A stretch of 64,000 bases of DNA from Antedon mediterranea. Lineage: Eukaryota > Animalia > Echinodermata. The notes under the pieces were generated by a model. It was not told the DNA's origin. It saw only the letters and a program-made list of their open reading frames with translations, and did no database searches. Made by a program: the position numbers and the translations under genes. The stretch covers positions 9,362,001 through 9,426,000 of the forward strand of contig NC_092673.1 in assembly GCF_964355755.1 (NCBI RefSeq), written 5' to 3'. Positions 13,165-26,115 of the stretch are shown here, piece after piece. Every line of letters begins with the position of its first letter. Within the stretch, counting starts at the first letter, position 1.

Positions 13165-14262
13165 TGTCACGAACTCCCTTTACCTATGTTTCCGAGCGGT
13201 TGAAAATACATAAAAGTATACGCACAAAATCCACAAAGTCGTAAAATAACTAAAAAACAAAGCTTTAATTTCAATCAACTTCAACCTTCAACAATCCAGT
13301 AAGCACTTCAAACAACAGCTTCACAATAATTTTTACAATCTAATATCCAACAACTAATATCCAACAACTAATATCCTACCTTCTTCAAAATAAATGCTTC
13401 AATCAAAAATCCTTCTCCCTTCTTACAATTGTCATACTTCCCCTTATATACAATATGTTCAGATAATTCGATCCTTATACTTCTTATTCTATTAGATGAC
13501 AGTTTCTATTAATAGCACTTCTGGAATGTTCCTGATTGTTCTTATATTAATTATACATGGTTTCTTAAATCTAAACATACTCTTATTCTAGAATGTTTAT
13601 GTAAATACTATGTTACTCTATATGTTAGGGAATGGTAATTTACTAAACTCTCCCATCTTTCTGAGCTCAAAACTCTTTCTTGGAGTTTTGAGGGGCTAGT
13701 ATACACGGACGTGGCAAAAGTTAACCCACTCCTAATCTATAAAGCTTTAATACGCCATAATAACATAGAACATAATTATTAATGAAAACTAATAATGAAC
13801 CAACAATATTCATGTCAATTTGTCGGAATGGTTCACTAATTACTGACATAAGAATCATAACGTTTTATACTTTAAGGCTTTACAATACTCTGTCAATGAA
13901 ATATCATGTGCAACTTTCAGAACACTATTACGGCAAGGATATAAAACCACTAATTTCTCTATGGGTTCTGTCTGGTGTTTAGTAAAAACATCCCTAAATA
14001 AAATTCCGTCCTTACAGACTATCTTTATAGCATCGTCATCTTTCTGTACTAACATCTGTTCTCGAAGTGGAATTAAAGTTCTAACCTTAACCTGATAATC
14101 CTTAATTTTATCTTTGCCCATATCTAAAATGTCTAATTCACTATCTTGGCTAGATTTAGCTTCCTTTGTTTTTGCAAACTCTTACCTAACTTTTCGTTTT
14201 TCACTTCTGGTTTTATGAACCTTTTCCTTGGGAGGGTTGTCACTGAGTAGCTGGCCATCTAA

Positions 14263-17200
14263 ATGTCCAAATTCTTTTTGAAAATTAACCACATCATCTG
14301 GTTAATATCAGAAGATCTCTTTTTAAATAGAGATGTTTTAGCCTGTGACATTCGTCCAGCTATTCTCACAGATCACCAGGCGGTATCAATTAAAATAGAT
14401 TTGCATGAAAAAAAACGCGGTCCTGGTTTATGGATGTTCAACAATAGCTTTCTGAAAGATGAAACATTTACAAAATTAGTAATTAAAATAATTGATGTTT
14501 CAATACTAAAAAATAATAGAGAACCTGTAAGTGCAAGTTTGTTATGGGAGCTTGTAAAAACAAAAATAAAAGAATTTTCAATTGCATACGGAAAACAAAA
14601 AAATAAAAACCAGAATAAAAAGAAAGAAAAATTACAAAAACAAATAAAAAACTTAAATGAAACAATTATGAATACTCAAAATTGTGATATAACCATTGAA
14701 AATAAAATTGAAAACAAAAAAATAGAGCTTGAAAACATTTATAATGTAGAAGCAAAAGGCGCGCAAATTAGGTCCAGAGTAAAATGGATAGAGGAAGGCG
14801 AGCGGAATACAAAATACTTTCTTGGGTTAGAAAGATCCAAAAGTAAAAAGAAACACATAAAAAGTTTAATTACTAAAGATGGGAGCTTAGCAACGAGCCC
14901 AATTGATATTTTAAAGGAACAAATACAACATTTCGAAGGTTTATACGCAAAAAATGTTATAAACCCTGGAAAAATTAATAAATACCTTTGTAATTCTATT
15001 ATAAACAAGCTTTCAGAAAAAGAAAATTGTGAAGGTTACGTCACTATTGATGAATGTAAAAAGGCCATTTCAATGATGGAAAAAAATAAAACACCTGGAT
15101 CGGATGGTCTAAGTGTTGAATTTTATGTGTTCTTTTGGAATAATATTAAACATTTAATTTGCGATGCGTTAAATGAAAGTTATAATTCTCAAGAATTATC
15201 CTTTTCGCAAAAACGAGGTGTAATCACCCTTTTGTTCAAGGATGGAGAAAGAGAAAATTTGAATAATTGGCGTCCCATTACCCTCTTAAACACCGATTAC
15301 AAAATTCTTTCACATGTATTAAGTAACAGACTTAAAATGGTTATTAAATCAATAGTAAGTTCAGACCAAAAAGGTTATATAAAAGGCCGTTTCGCTGGTG
15401 AAAACATTCGGTTAATAGAAGACCTGCTTTATTATACAGAGTGTAATGATATCGAAGGGGCAATAATTACCGTAGATTTTAAGAAGGCTTTTGACTCTAT
15501 TAGTAGAGATTTTATGTTCAATGTTCTAGAAAAGTTTAACTTTGGAATGTTCTTTTGTAACTGGGTAAAAGTATTATACAATAACGTTGAATGTGTCACA
15601 GTTAACAATGGTTGGGTTTCAAACAATTTTAAAATGGAAAGAGGTATTAGACAAGGTTGTCCTCTATCTGCTCTGTTATTCATTTTAGTGGTTGAAGTAA
15701 TGGCATCTAGAATAAGAAACAAAGATGACTATAAGGGTATTAAACTTCCAAATAATGAAAATAACATAGAAGCTAGAATAAGCCAATTAGCCGATGATAC
15801 TGTTTTGTATGTTGGTAATGACAAAAGTATTAAGTCAGCAGTCAGTGTAATTGAACGTTTTTGTGAAGTATCTGGAATGACACTAAATAAAATAAAAACC
15901 AATGCTTTTTGGATTGGTAAATGGAAGAACAGAATAGATAGACCTTTAGAATTAAATTGGGTAAAACACCCGATCAAAATTTTAGGCATATATGTAGGGT
16001 ATAATACAGAAGAATGTACCAGAAAAAACTGGGATGTTAAATTAATAGAGCTAGAAAAGACTTTAAAACAATGGAATGCTAGAAATCTCTCAATTTTTTG
16101 TAGAATAATAATCCTGAAAAGTCTTGCACTATCTAAATTAACATATACTGCAAATATCACTGATGTTCCAAAATATGTATATACACAAGTTACAAATCTA
16201 ATATATAATTTTATTTGGAACAATAAAAGGGAAAAGATAAAAAGAAAAACTCTAATTGGTGATGTTGAGATGGGAGGCATTAAAATGCCTGATTTTACTC
16301 TTCATGTTAACGCACTCATGTGTGGCTGGTTAAAAAGAATTATGAATGATGATGGTGCTAAATGGAAAAATATTCCAATGTATTATATTAAAAAAATATG
16401 TGATGTTAATGTTTTACTTAATATGTCATGTTATAACATTATTGATGTTAATTCTGATAAAATTCCACTGTTTTACAAAAATATGATAAAAGCCTACATA
16501 AATTATAACAGAATCTCTAAAAAAAAACCTGAAACTTATAACGATATAATGAATGAGCAACTGTGGGGAAACCACTACGTTAAACTAAAAAAAAAAACGC
16601 TTTTCTACAAGCATTGGATTGACAGTGGCATTATCAGTATTAAAGACATTGTTAATAAGAACACTTTTTTAACATCAAACGAAATACTGGTGAAACTACA
16701 ATGTAAAACAAACTGGTTAAATGAGTATTTGTGCATTATTAAGGCAATACCAATTCAATGGAAACGTATTATTAAGGAGGTAGATATTTTCAATTGTGAT
16801 GATAATGATGAAGTAGTTGGGACTAAGTATGAGATTAATACTACCAAACTAATATACTCATGGTTTGTGAAAGAATATTTCATTATTCCAATGTCACAAC
16901 TAAAATGGGAAGAGTACTTCAATGATAACAACATTGATTGGAAAACTTCTTGGTTACGGAAAGTATGTAAAATGAAAGATAAGAAACTAGCACAATTCAA
17001 TTATAAGATGTTACATAGAATACTGCCTACCAACAAACGGCTGTATCAGTGGAAAGTTAAGGAAACACAAACGTGTGACAAATGTGGAGAAATTGAAAAT
17101 GAAAATCATTTGTTTTTTAGTTGTAGATTTATTCAGAAATATTGGAGGAAAATGCTTAGTATCTTTGTAAGTTTAAATCACAATAACATATCATTTAAAC

Positions 17201-17430
17201 AATTAATACTAGGAACGGGAGATAAGCTAATAGATTATATTTACACTTTTGCAGCATTTACTATTTATAGAATAAAAATGTTATCTGCACTAAATAAGCC
17301 AGTGGGTAAATCTTTATGGAATTCATTTAAAAGCAATATGTTATATAACATTGAATGTGAAACATATAACAATAAAGAAACAAGTATAGAAAAATGGGTA
17401 GCTTTAAGAAATAAGATTATGATAATATAA
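14263..17430 (+). CDS. LINE ORF2 (APE C-terminal remnant, reverse transcriptase, C-terminal CCHC), uninterrupted 1055 aa
   Basis: KTPGSDGL, NWRPITLLN.DYKI, DFKKAFDSI, GIRQGCPLS, QLADDT, CDKC..ENHLFFSC. The first ~12 codons come from the duplicated host sequence. Confidence 0.9.
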   Translation: MSKFFLKINHIIWLISEDLFLNRDVLACDIRPAILTDHQAVSIKIDLHEKKRGPGLWMFNNSFLKDETFTKLVIKIIDVSILKNNREPVSASLLWELVKTKIKEFSIAYGKQKNKNQNKKKEKLQKQIKNLNETIMNTQNCDITIENKIENKKIELENIYNVEAKGAQIRSRVKWIEEGERNTKYFLGLERSKSKKKHIKSLITKDGSLATSPIDILKEQIQHFEGLYAKNVINPGKINKYLCNSIINKLSEKENCEGYVTIDECKKAISMMEKNKTPGSDGLSVEFYVFFWNNIKHLICDALNESYNSQELSFSQKRGVITLLFKDGERENLNNWRPITLLNTDYKILSHVLSNRLKMVIKSIVSSDQKGYIKGRFAGENIRLIEDLLYYTECNDIEGAIITVDFKKAFDSISRDFMFNVLEKFNFGMFFCNWVKVLYNNVECVTVNNGWVSNNFKMERGIRQGCPLSALLFILVVEVMASRIRNKDDYKGIKLPNNENNIEARISQLADDTVLYVGNDKSIKSAVSVIERFCEVSGMTLNKIKTNAFWIGKWKNRIDRPLELNWVKHPIKILGIYVGYNTEECTRKNWDVKLIELEKTLKQWNARNLSIFCRIIILKSLALSKLTYTANITDVPKYVYTQVTNLIYNFIWNNKREKIKRKTLIGDVEMGGIKMPDFTLHVNALMCGWLKRIMNDDGAKWKNIPMYYIKKICDVNVLLNMSCYNIIDVNSDKIPLFYKNMIKAYINYNRISKKKPETYNDIMNEQLWGNHYVKLKKKTLFYKHWIDSGIISIKDIVNKNTFLTSNEILVKLQCKTNWLNEYLCIIKAIPIQWKRIIKEVDIFNCDDNDEVVGTKYEINTTKLIYSWFVKEYFIIPMSQLKWEEYFNDNNIDWKTSWLRKVCKMKDKKLAQFNYKMLHRILPTNKRLYQWKVKETQTCDKCGEIENENHLFFSCRFIQKYWRKMLSIFVSLNHNNISFKQLILGTGDKLIDYIYTFAAFTIYRIKMLSALNKPVGKSLWNSFKSNMLYNIECETYNNKETSIEKWVALRNKIMII

Positions 17431-17800
17431 TTTCTAATTTGATACGATTAACCGAAAAGGAATTACAGTGATACGGGTTACTGGTGGTACTGAGCTATTA
17501 TTGTTTTTTTTTATCATGTATATAAATATATTGTATAATCCGGGTTGTAAAATGAAAACAAACAAATGAAAATGTGTGAACTATTTTAAAACGGGATAGA
17601 TGATAATGATGATCCTGTCAAGTGTATAACAAAATATAAGAAAATTAATGAAAAAAGGAGTAATACAGAATTCATATATGTAAAAATGTTACTTATGAAC
17701 TGTAACGACATTTACAAGTTAAATAATACGATTTTATGTAATATGAGATAATATGAATGTGAATAAAAGTGGTGTTTGCGCCACAAAAGAGAAAAAAAAA
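14300..17800 (+). mobile_element. 5'-truncated Tx1/L1-clade LINE
   Basis: Starts near the end of the APE domain (..TDHQAV); 3' UTR with AATAAA, hairpin GTGGTG..CGCCAC and A-rich tail 17785-17800; flanked by a ~247-bp direct duplication. Confidence 0.9.
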
Positions 17801-19309
17801 CATCTGTTCTCGAAGTGGAATTAAAGTTCTAACCTTAACCTGATAATCCTTAATTTTATCTCTGCCCATATCTAAAATGTCTAATTCACTATCTTGGCTA
17901 GATTTAGCTTCTTTTGTTTTTGCAAACTCTTACCTAACTTTTCGTTTTTCACTTCTGGTTTTATGAACCTTTTCCTTGGGAGGGTTGTCACTGAGTAGCT
18001 GGCCATCTAAAAATGTCCAAATTCTTTTTGAAAATTAACCACATCATCTAACTGACGTGAAATAACCCTAGAAGCCTTTTCCGCAGTTAATTCGTTTTTA
18101 TCTCTTAGTTTTTCTTTTTTAGTGTGGTCTCTAGTGGCGACAAAACTAAGCCTATCATGATTTTTATTCTCCTTTCCTAATAAGTCTCCAAAATTAAGAA
18201 AGTCCCTACCAAGAATTACATCTCTTGGTAAATCACTGCAAACGCCGACCAACAAATTGTCGTCTTCGTTATTAACCTTAATATTGACGAATGCAGTAGG
18301 ATACGCTTGGACATGGTCATGGACTCCGCGCGATTAATTTTTTTAGCCGCTACTAAATCCGAATGAACAAGTTTCATATCACATCCAGAATCTATCAAAA
18401 TTTCACAATCACATCCTTCAACTATGCCTCTACAAATGTAAGGTGTACATGGTTTTGAAACAGTATATGTCCTTGTCGACAAAAATCCAACATTTCTACG
18501 ACAATATCGTTCAATATGGCCTACTTTTTTGCACCGTCTACAAACGCGAGGTTGTCTAGCGTCAGATTGTGATTTCTGAAAGTTATCATGGGCATTATTA
18601 TTACCCTACTGTCAACTTCAAGAGTGCCTTTCACTGTTTCGCCTGGTTGTTTCTATTTTCGTGTTTTCTATTTTGAAACTTTTTCTCAAAATCGATACCT
18701 TTTCTAGCTTAAAAATATAATTATCTGCTAATTCCGCAGCATTTAATCCAGAATCTGGTTTATGTTCTTTAATCCAAATTTTTACCCTGTGGGCATAATA
18801 TTTATCAATTGCTCTAAAATAACAATTTCAGCTAAATCATCTTTGCTTTTATCAGCAGGCTTAGCCCACTTAGTAAATAAAATCTTTCAACCTAACATAC
18901 ATAACTTTCTTCACTTTTCTTTTACTTAACCTAAACCTTTTTCTATATGTCTCTTCCGTTATGTCATAACTTTGTAATATTGATTTCTTCACTATGTCGT
19001 ACTGGTTACTTTCTGTCACTCATAGTGATGCATAGACTGCTCTTGCTTTGCCTGTCAAAGGTGGTATCAGTTTTACTACCCAGTGTTCTTTTCGCCACTC
19101 ATAGGTGTTAGCAATTCGTTCAAACGTAGTGAGATAATTTTCAATATCGTCACTATCAGAAAGTTTTGCAATCTGAACTCCTTTCAATTTCATTATGTCT
19201 TTTAATCGTCTCTCCTCACAGTCCTTTTGCTTATCCATTAACGCCATTACTAACGCTTGCTGTTTTTCCATATCTTCCCTACGTGAACGTTCTTGTCTTT
19301 CCATTACTT

Positions 19310-19736
19310 TGTAGCAGACCTACCACATAGCTTTTAAACAATTCAACATTTACTTTTAATTTGATTATTTATACATCCTCTATATATCTCTTTATTTAAC
19401 CTCACATTGACAGGTTACCTTCACTTTTCTAGCTAATGGATTTTAAGAATGTTAATGACTCTAACAGAAAACCACATTAATTCTCTTAATCCTAATTGGT
19501 CAGATGAGATGGGCCTAGCCCAATATTACCATGCACTGACCACATTATTAACACACTCTTTTCTCAACCAGCATCTTAGCTACACCGTTTATTGCATTGT
19601 CTTATCAAATATTGTATATTGTATATTTTATCTATTTATTGAGAATCCTCACTTGATTCACTTGGAATAAATTGCATAGTTTACTGTATACATTTAGTAG
19701 TTGTTTTATTTTACCGTTGCGCCGACAATAACTAAA
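19310..19736 (+). repeat. 5' LTR of the Gypsy element (427 bp)
   Basis: By eye differs from the 3' LTR by one substitution and a 6-bp indel. Confidence 0.9.
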
Positions 19737-19776
19737 GTGGTGACCCTCGACTTTCTTATACCGAATTTAATTTAAA

Positions 19777-20704
19777 ATGGAAGGACAACAGCAACAACGA
19801 CAGCTACCGCAACCTCCAGCACAACCCCAGCACCAGGAACAACCTGTGATGCCCGCTCCTGACGCAGCAACCGTCAACAGGCCAATTTCTTCTGTAGCGT
19901 TGAAACTGCCTCCATACTGGCCCAATGATCCGATATTGTGGTTCACCCAAGTGGAAGCACAGTTCACAACGCGTGGGATTACAGTAGATGCTACAAAATA
20001 CGCTTACTTAGTCGGATCATTGCAACCTGAAATTGCGCAGGAAGTTCGGGATCTACTTCTCAACCCGCCTACTGATAACAGGTATGTGAACTTGAAAGAT
20101 ACCTTAATACGTCGGACAACTGACTCCGACCAACAGCGCCTCCGCCAACTCCTGACGGCCGAGGAGTTGGGGGGATAGGAAACCGTCGCAATTATACCGA
20201 CGGATGTTACAACTCTTAGGCGACAGGCCACTCGAATCTTCAATTATGAAACAAATATTCTTAAGTCGCCTCCCAACTAATGTACAGCTTATCCTAGCTT
20301 CAACCAAGGATGAGTTGGACCTGGGAAGCTTGACATCCTTGGCTGACAAAATTATTGAAGTATCTGTAACTGCAACTGCGGCAACAAGTGTATCGGCAGT
20401 ACACACGGACAATACACCCTCCTTATCTGCGACCCTTGAAACCCTGCAAAAACAGATTCAACACCTGTCAACACAAGTTAATTCCTTGCAATCTGACCGA
20501 CGGCACAACAGACATCAAAGTCGCAGCACAAGTCGACATCAAAATCGATCGCGTGGTAGGCATTCATCTCCTGCTCAACCTAACAGTACCAATCGCTCAG
20601 CTCAACATTCAAACAACACTCCTCAACTCTGTTGGTACCATGACAAATTTGGAGTAAATGCTCGAAAATGCAATCCGCCGTGTTCGGAAAACTCCAACGC
20701 CGAC
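19777..20704 (+). pseudogene. gag: Gypsy gag (frameshift at ~20175)
   Basis: ALKLPPYWPNDPILWFTQVEAQF; EELG/DRKPSQL across the frameshift; terminal CWYH..FG..A.KC..PC. Confidence 0.85.
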
Positions 20705-21340
20705 AACTCCCTGTTAGGTACCGCATTGTTTTTAAAATATTACTCTTTGTTTTTAAGTCTATAAATGGCATGGCTCCTGAATATATTTCTGACATGCTTA
20801 GGCTGTATGTTCCCGGACGTAATCTGCGTTCTAGTGACTCGCTGCTTCTACATCAGCCTAAGTCTCACCACTCATGGGGTGACAGAGCATTCTCCGTTAC
20901 TGCTCCTCGTCTGTGGAATGCTCTACCGAGCTTCATAAGATTTTGCAAAACTGTTGATACTTTTTAAAAATTATTAAAAACACATTTATTCATTAAGGCA
21001 TATGGAAATCATGAGGTTTCTTAAAGTTTTTTAGACTTAGAATTGTTTTGTATACCTTTTCCTGGCCAGCATTATCTTTGGGGTGCCTCTGTCTTGGTTG
21101 TTGTCTCTGAGCACCCGGTCGTCTGTGGCAAGGCAAATGTGTATCCTGCTCCTTTGTTTGGTCACCTAGGTAGGGGTCCGGGACCGCGACAGAACGACAA
21201 CGGATGGGGACCCTCCAAAGAAATTGCATTTTATTTGTCAGGAATGTGTATGATTTATTTCTTTTTTATTTTTAAATGCGCCTTGAGCACTCTGGAGTGG
21301 TATGTGCGCTATAAAAATCTTATTATTATTATTATTATTA
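20705..21340 (+). mobile_element. L2-type LINE 3' fragment inserted at the gag/pol junction
   Basis: LPVRYRIVFKILLFVFK..G.AP.Y and WGDRAFSVTAPRLWNALP; ends TGCGCTATAAAAAT-(TAT)n. Confidence 0.85.
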
Positions 21341-24300
21341 CGAATGTTGCTGGCCGTCAAATCGTAAGTCGCCTTTTCTTTATTGTAAATAAATTATCAA
21401 AACAACGTTTCCTCATAGACACTGGGGCAGAAGTTAGCGTTGTTCCACCTACTCGCCATGAGCGTCTACATAGGCGACAAGAGTCTACTTTGACTGCCGC
21501 AAATAATACATCTATCAACACTTATGGACATCGCTCTGTAACCTTAGACTTAGGTTTGAGACGAATATCTCAATGGATATTTGTTATCGCAGACGTCACA
21601 CACCCCATCATAGGGGCTGATTTTTAAAGACATTTTGGACTGTTAGTCGATATGAATAATCGACGACTCATTGACACTACCACCAACCTGAGTATTCAAG
21701 GTGTCGCCTCCAAAACTTCGCCTCTCGGTCTTATATTTACCACCCTTGAGGCTAAGTCCAATTGGGACTACATTCTTACAAAATTCCCAAACATTACACG
21801 CCCTTGTTATCAGGAAGCGTCGCTAAAACACGATGTGACACATCATATTCAGACCCATGGTCCACCAATTTCGTCACATCCTCGACGGCTCGCACATGAC
21901 CGCTGCAAAACAGCCAGACATGAATTTGAACACATGATACAGCTTGGAATTATACGCCCCTCTAAAAGTAACTGGTATGGTGCCTAAAAAAACTCCTGGG
22001 GATTGGCGTCCCTGTAGGGATTATCGAGCATTGAACAATGCTACTGTTGCAGATCGGCATCCTATCCCGTACATGCACGATTTTACAGCATCTCTGCACG
22101 GATCCACTATATTTTCTAAGATTGATCTCGTCCGAGCTTACCATCCGATACCAGTTGAACCTGCTGATGTTCATAAAACAGCAATTACTACACCATTTGG
22201 ACTTTTTGAATTTGTTAGAATGCCATTTGGCCTCCGCAATGCCGCTCAAACTTTTCAACGTTTTATTGATCAGGTAACGCGTGGATTGGATTTTTGCTAC
22301 GCTTATATCGACGACCTGCTTGTTGCAAGTTCCAACGCCGAGGAACACGAAACTCATCTTCATCAACTATTCACACGTCTTAATGAGTATGGCGTTGTTC
22401 TCAACCCAGCGAAATGCCAATTTGGAGTTTCGTCACTCGAGTTTCTTGGACATCATGTTGATTCGCAAGGTGTCCGACCACTTCAAGTAAAGGTCGAAGC
22501 GATACAAAACTTTCCACAGCCAACTTCTTTACGCAAACTACGTGAATTCCTTGGACTTATTAACTTTTATAGGCGATTTATACCGCAGTGTGCCCAGATT
22601 TTACAACCTGTCACAGCTCTACTTGTTGGGGCAGGTAAGAAACAGGATCTGGTATGGACCGACGCAGCTTTATTGGGAGTTAATCATATTAAAGTCGCCC
22701 TCGCAAGTGCTACACTTCTCACCCATCCGCAGCCAGATGCACCTTTAAGTATCATGGTTGACGCTTCGGATGTGGCCATAGGGGGTATACTACAACAATG
22801 CATTGACAACAATTGGCAACCTATTTCATTTTTCTCACAGAAGTTGAAACCAGCGCAGACGCGATACAGCACATTTGGTCGTGAACTTTTGGCGGCATAC
22901 CTTTCAGTTAAACATTTTCGTCATTCACTTGAAGGACGCTCATTTCATATTTTTACTGACCATAAGCCACTTGTGTATGCTTTACTCGCCAAACCAAATC
23001 GTCACTCGCCACGCAAAATCCGTCATCTCGATTTCATATCTCAATTCACAACGGACATACGCCATGTGAGTGGAAAAGCTAATGCAGCAGCTGATGCATT
23101 GTCGCGAATCGAACTTAATACTTTCAGTCACAACACAACTAACATTGTTGATTTTAGTCTTATTGCTGCTGCACAAAAGAATGACGATGAATTGCACAAG
23201 CTACTTGAATCACCGTCTTCACTACAATTTCAAAACTTTCCAATTCCAACTTCTGACTCTACAATTCTTTGTGATATTTCCAAAGGCAATCCACGTCCAT
23301 ATATCTCACAAGAATTCAGACGCATAATATTTGACACTCTACATTCGCTATCACATCCTGGTATACGAGCAACACAACGTTTAATTACTGACCGTTTCGT
23401 ATGGCCAGCAATCAATCGTGATGTACGACGATGGTCTCAAACATGCATTCAATGTCAACGTTCCAAAGTACACCGGCACACCGTTTCGCCACTCTCTACT
23501 TTTTCTGCACATGACGCCCGTTTTGACCATGTACATATAGATATTGTTGGACCTCTCCCTCCGTCAAATGGTTTTTCTTATTTACTCACTTTTATCGATC
23601 GTTTTACTCGATGGCCCGAAGCCGTACCTATTCCGGATATCACAACCGATACTGTCGCACACGCATTTGTCAATCGATGGATCGCTTCATTCGGAATACC
23701 TTCAACCATTACAACAGATCGAGGAAGACAATTTGAATCTGCATTATTTCATTCACTCGCCAACTTACTAGGAACTAAGCACATTCATACAACTGCATAC
23801 CATCCTATTGCGAACGGACTTGTAGAACGTTTTCATCGACATTTGAAGGGTTCTCTCAAAGCACATAATGATCACACTAAATGGACAGAGCATTTACCTA
23901 TAGTACTTTTAGGCATTCGTACAGCCCTTAAGGCTGATCTAGGTCATAGTGCAGCTGAACTTGTTTATGGCACTACTTTAAGATTACCTGGACAATTCTT
24001 TAATTCAAACTCTGAACATTGTGATTATTCTAATTATATTGATAGATTGCGTGATAATATGAGTAAACTACGTCCCACACCTACCCGTAACTCTAACCGT
24101 AAATCCTATATCAATCAAGAAATATTTAATTGTACCCATGTTTTTGTTTGAAGGGACTCTGTTCGAAAACCCTTACAACGTCCATATGATGGTCCATTTA
24201 AGGTATTAAGTCGAACAGACAAACACTTTGTTCTCGATCTAAATGGTCGACAGGACACAGTCAGTATTGATCGCTTAAAGGTAGCTCATTTGGATACTGA

Positions 24301-24400
24301 GCCAAGAGCAAACCCTCACTCCCAAGCTACAAGCATCACCCCTAGTCAAACCAACCAACCCGTCACCCATTTTGGCAACCCCTCCCCGTACTACTCGTTC
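21341..24400 (+). pseudogene. pol: Gypsy pol (PR-RT-RNase H-IN) with stops and frameshifts
   Basis: [58 protein letters not shown]; stops at ~21625 and ~24149, frameshift at ~21975. Confidence 0.9.
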
Positions 24401-24472
24401 TGGTAGACATGTTCATTTCCCTCAACGTTTTGTCTCGTTCTATCATTAATACTTTCACTGGAAGGGGGCTCC

Positions 24473-24905
24473 TGTAGCAGACCTACCACATAGCTTTTAA
24501 ACAATTCAACATTTACTTTTAATTTGATTATTTATACATCCTCTATATATCTCTTTATTTAACCTCACATTGACAGGTTACCTTCACTTTTCTAGCTAAT
24601 GGATTTTAAGAATGTTAATGACTCTAACAGAAAACCACATTAATTCTCTTAATCCTAATTGGTCAGATGAGATGGGCCAAGCCCAATATTACCATGCACT
24701 GACCACATTATTAACACACTCTTTTCTCAACCAGCATCTTAGCTACACCGTTTATTGCATTGTCTTATCAAATATTGTATATTGTATATTTTATCTATTT
24801 ATTGAGAATCCTCACTTGATTCACTTGGAATAAATTGCATAGTAACTGTTTACTGTATACATTTAGTAGTTGTTTTATTTTACCGTTGCGCCGACAATAA
24901 CTAAA
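24473..24905 (+). repeat. 3' LTR of the Gypsy element (433 bp)
   Basis: Direct repeat of 19310-19736, preceded by the PPT. Confidence 0.9.
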
Positions 24906-25193
24906 ACTTCTTTATGTTTTACCATATCTTCTTGACGTAAACGTTCTTGGTGTTCCATCATCTGCTGCATCATAAGATTCTGTTGTTGCATTTGTTGCTG
25001 CATTTGTTGCTGCATCAACAACAACAACAGATCTTTTGAAGATGAGTCAGCCCCTGTAGGGCCGGTTATGTCCACTGGTTGGTCCAGACTCTTCTGCCTG
25101 TTGTTGAGGTTGTAATAATAATAATAATAATAACTTGATTGTTTCTCTTTTATAACAGAGGCACAATTCTCAAGAGATGTGCAACAACAAAAA

Positions 25194-26115
25194 AACAAGG
25201 CCATATAGATGGCTGCAGTCGCGTGCTCATTAGTGTTTACCGACCGACCAACCTACCAACTGACCGAAATTACTGAACATGTTTAAAGATGTTGAAATGT
25301 AAAAAAATTTATATTTTTTTAATTTACTCGTGCGTAGCCTGTCACTTTTAACATGCTCGTATAACGTAATTTCGAGTTGAAAAGTAAAGGGCCTTTCACA
25401 CCTGTTCCGGCACGGTTCCGGTCCGGCGAATCGAACGCCAATGTTTCGTTTTCACGACGCTCCACGCGGCCAAGCACCAATCGATATGCGCGTAGCCGCG
25501 TAAAAACGAAACATTGACGTTCGATTGGATTTGCCGTCGCCGGACCGGAACCGTGCCGGAGCAGGTGTGAAAGGCCTTTAAGTCAAGAAAACAGAAATCG
25601 GGCAAATAGAGTGCGCAATAATATTTAACGCGTAGTGCGCGCGCAAAAAATCTGCGCACTCATGGCAATTTTGTAAACGCTTAAAATTGCCTGAAACGTA
25701 CTCTTATTTCATCGAAAATACATTTTGAAAATTTTAAGCGCGCTACGCATGCGTTACATGCGCTACGCATGTAATTGTATTGCCATATGATGATTTATGC
25801 CCTGAAATTTATGAGTTATACCAAATTTTATTTAATTGTGATTCATGGTTGTGAAGATATGATTACAAACGTGATTTCGTTAAATCGTGCGTAGACCGCG
25901 TAAATTTTTATTGCGCACCGTGAAAACATAACCACATCGATTCCTGGCCATAAAAAATATACTGTGAAAAATTGACTTAGCTAGATTAAACTGATATCAA
26001 GATAAGGTCAGAAAGCGATAAAACGCATAGTGATACCGGACCGACAGACAGACCGATGGACCGACAGACCGACCGACTGACATAGTGAACTATAGAGTCG
26101 CGTTCACGCGACTAA
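25194..26115 (-). mobile_element. HINE/DINE-1-like element, family 1, second copy
   Basis: Close reverse complement of 709-1439; carries a Harbinger MITE. Confidence 0.8.
25388..25578. mobile_element. PIF/Harbinger MITE, 191 bp, nearly palindromic
   Basis: TIR AGGGCCTTTCACACCTG.., TAA TSD (25385-25387, 25579-25581); the empty site is visible in the HINE copy at ~1235-1245. Confidence 0.9.

Larger units (their letters stand above)
19310..24905 (+). mobile_element. Full-length Ty3/Gypsy LTR retrotransposon (inactivated), inserted in the Gmr1-like gag
   Basis: LTRs 19310-19736 and 24473-24905, TSD ACTT (19306-19309, 24906-24909), PBS TGGTGACCC at 19738, PPT GGAAGGGGG at 24460; the host frame rejoins as KHKEV|MER. 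Confidence 0.95.

Noticed and set aside
19449-19670. 73-aa ORF duplicated at 24612..24833
   Set aside because: Chance ORF inside the two Gypsy LTRs.
24875-25204. Poly-Tyr/poly-Gln host gene
   Set aside because: Chimeric frame: poly-Tyr is a LINE (TTA)n tail, the Gln-rich part is Gmr1-like gag and the end is LTR.
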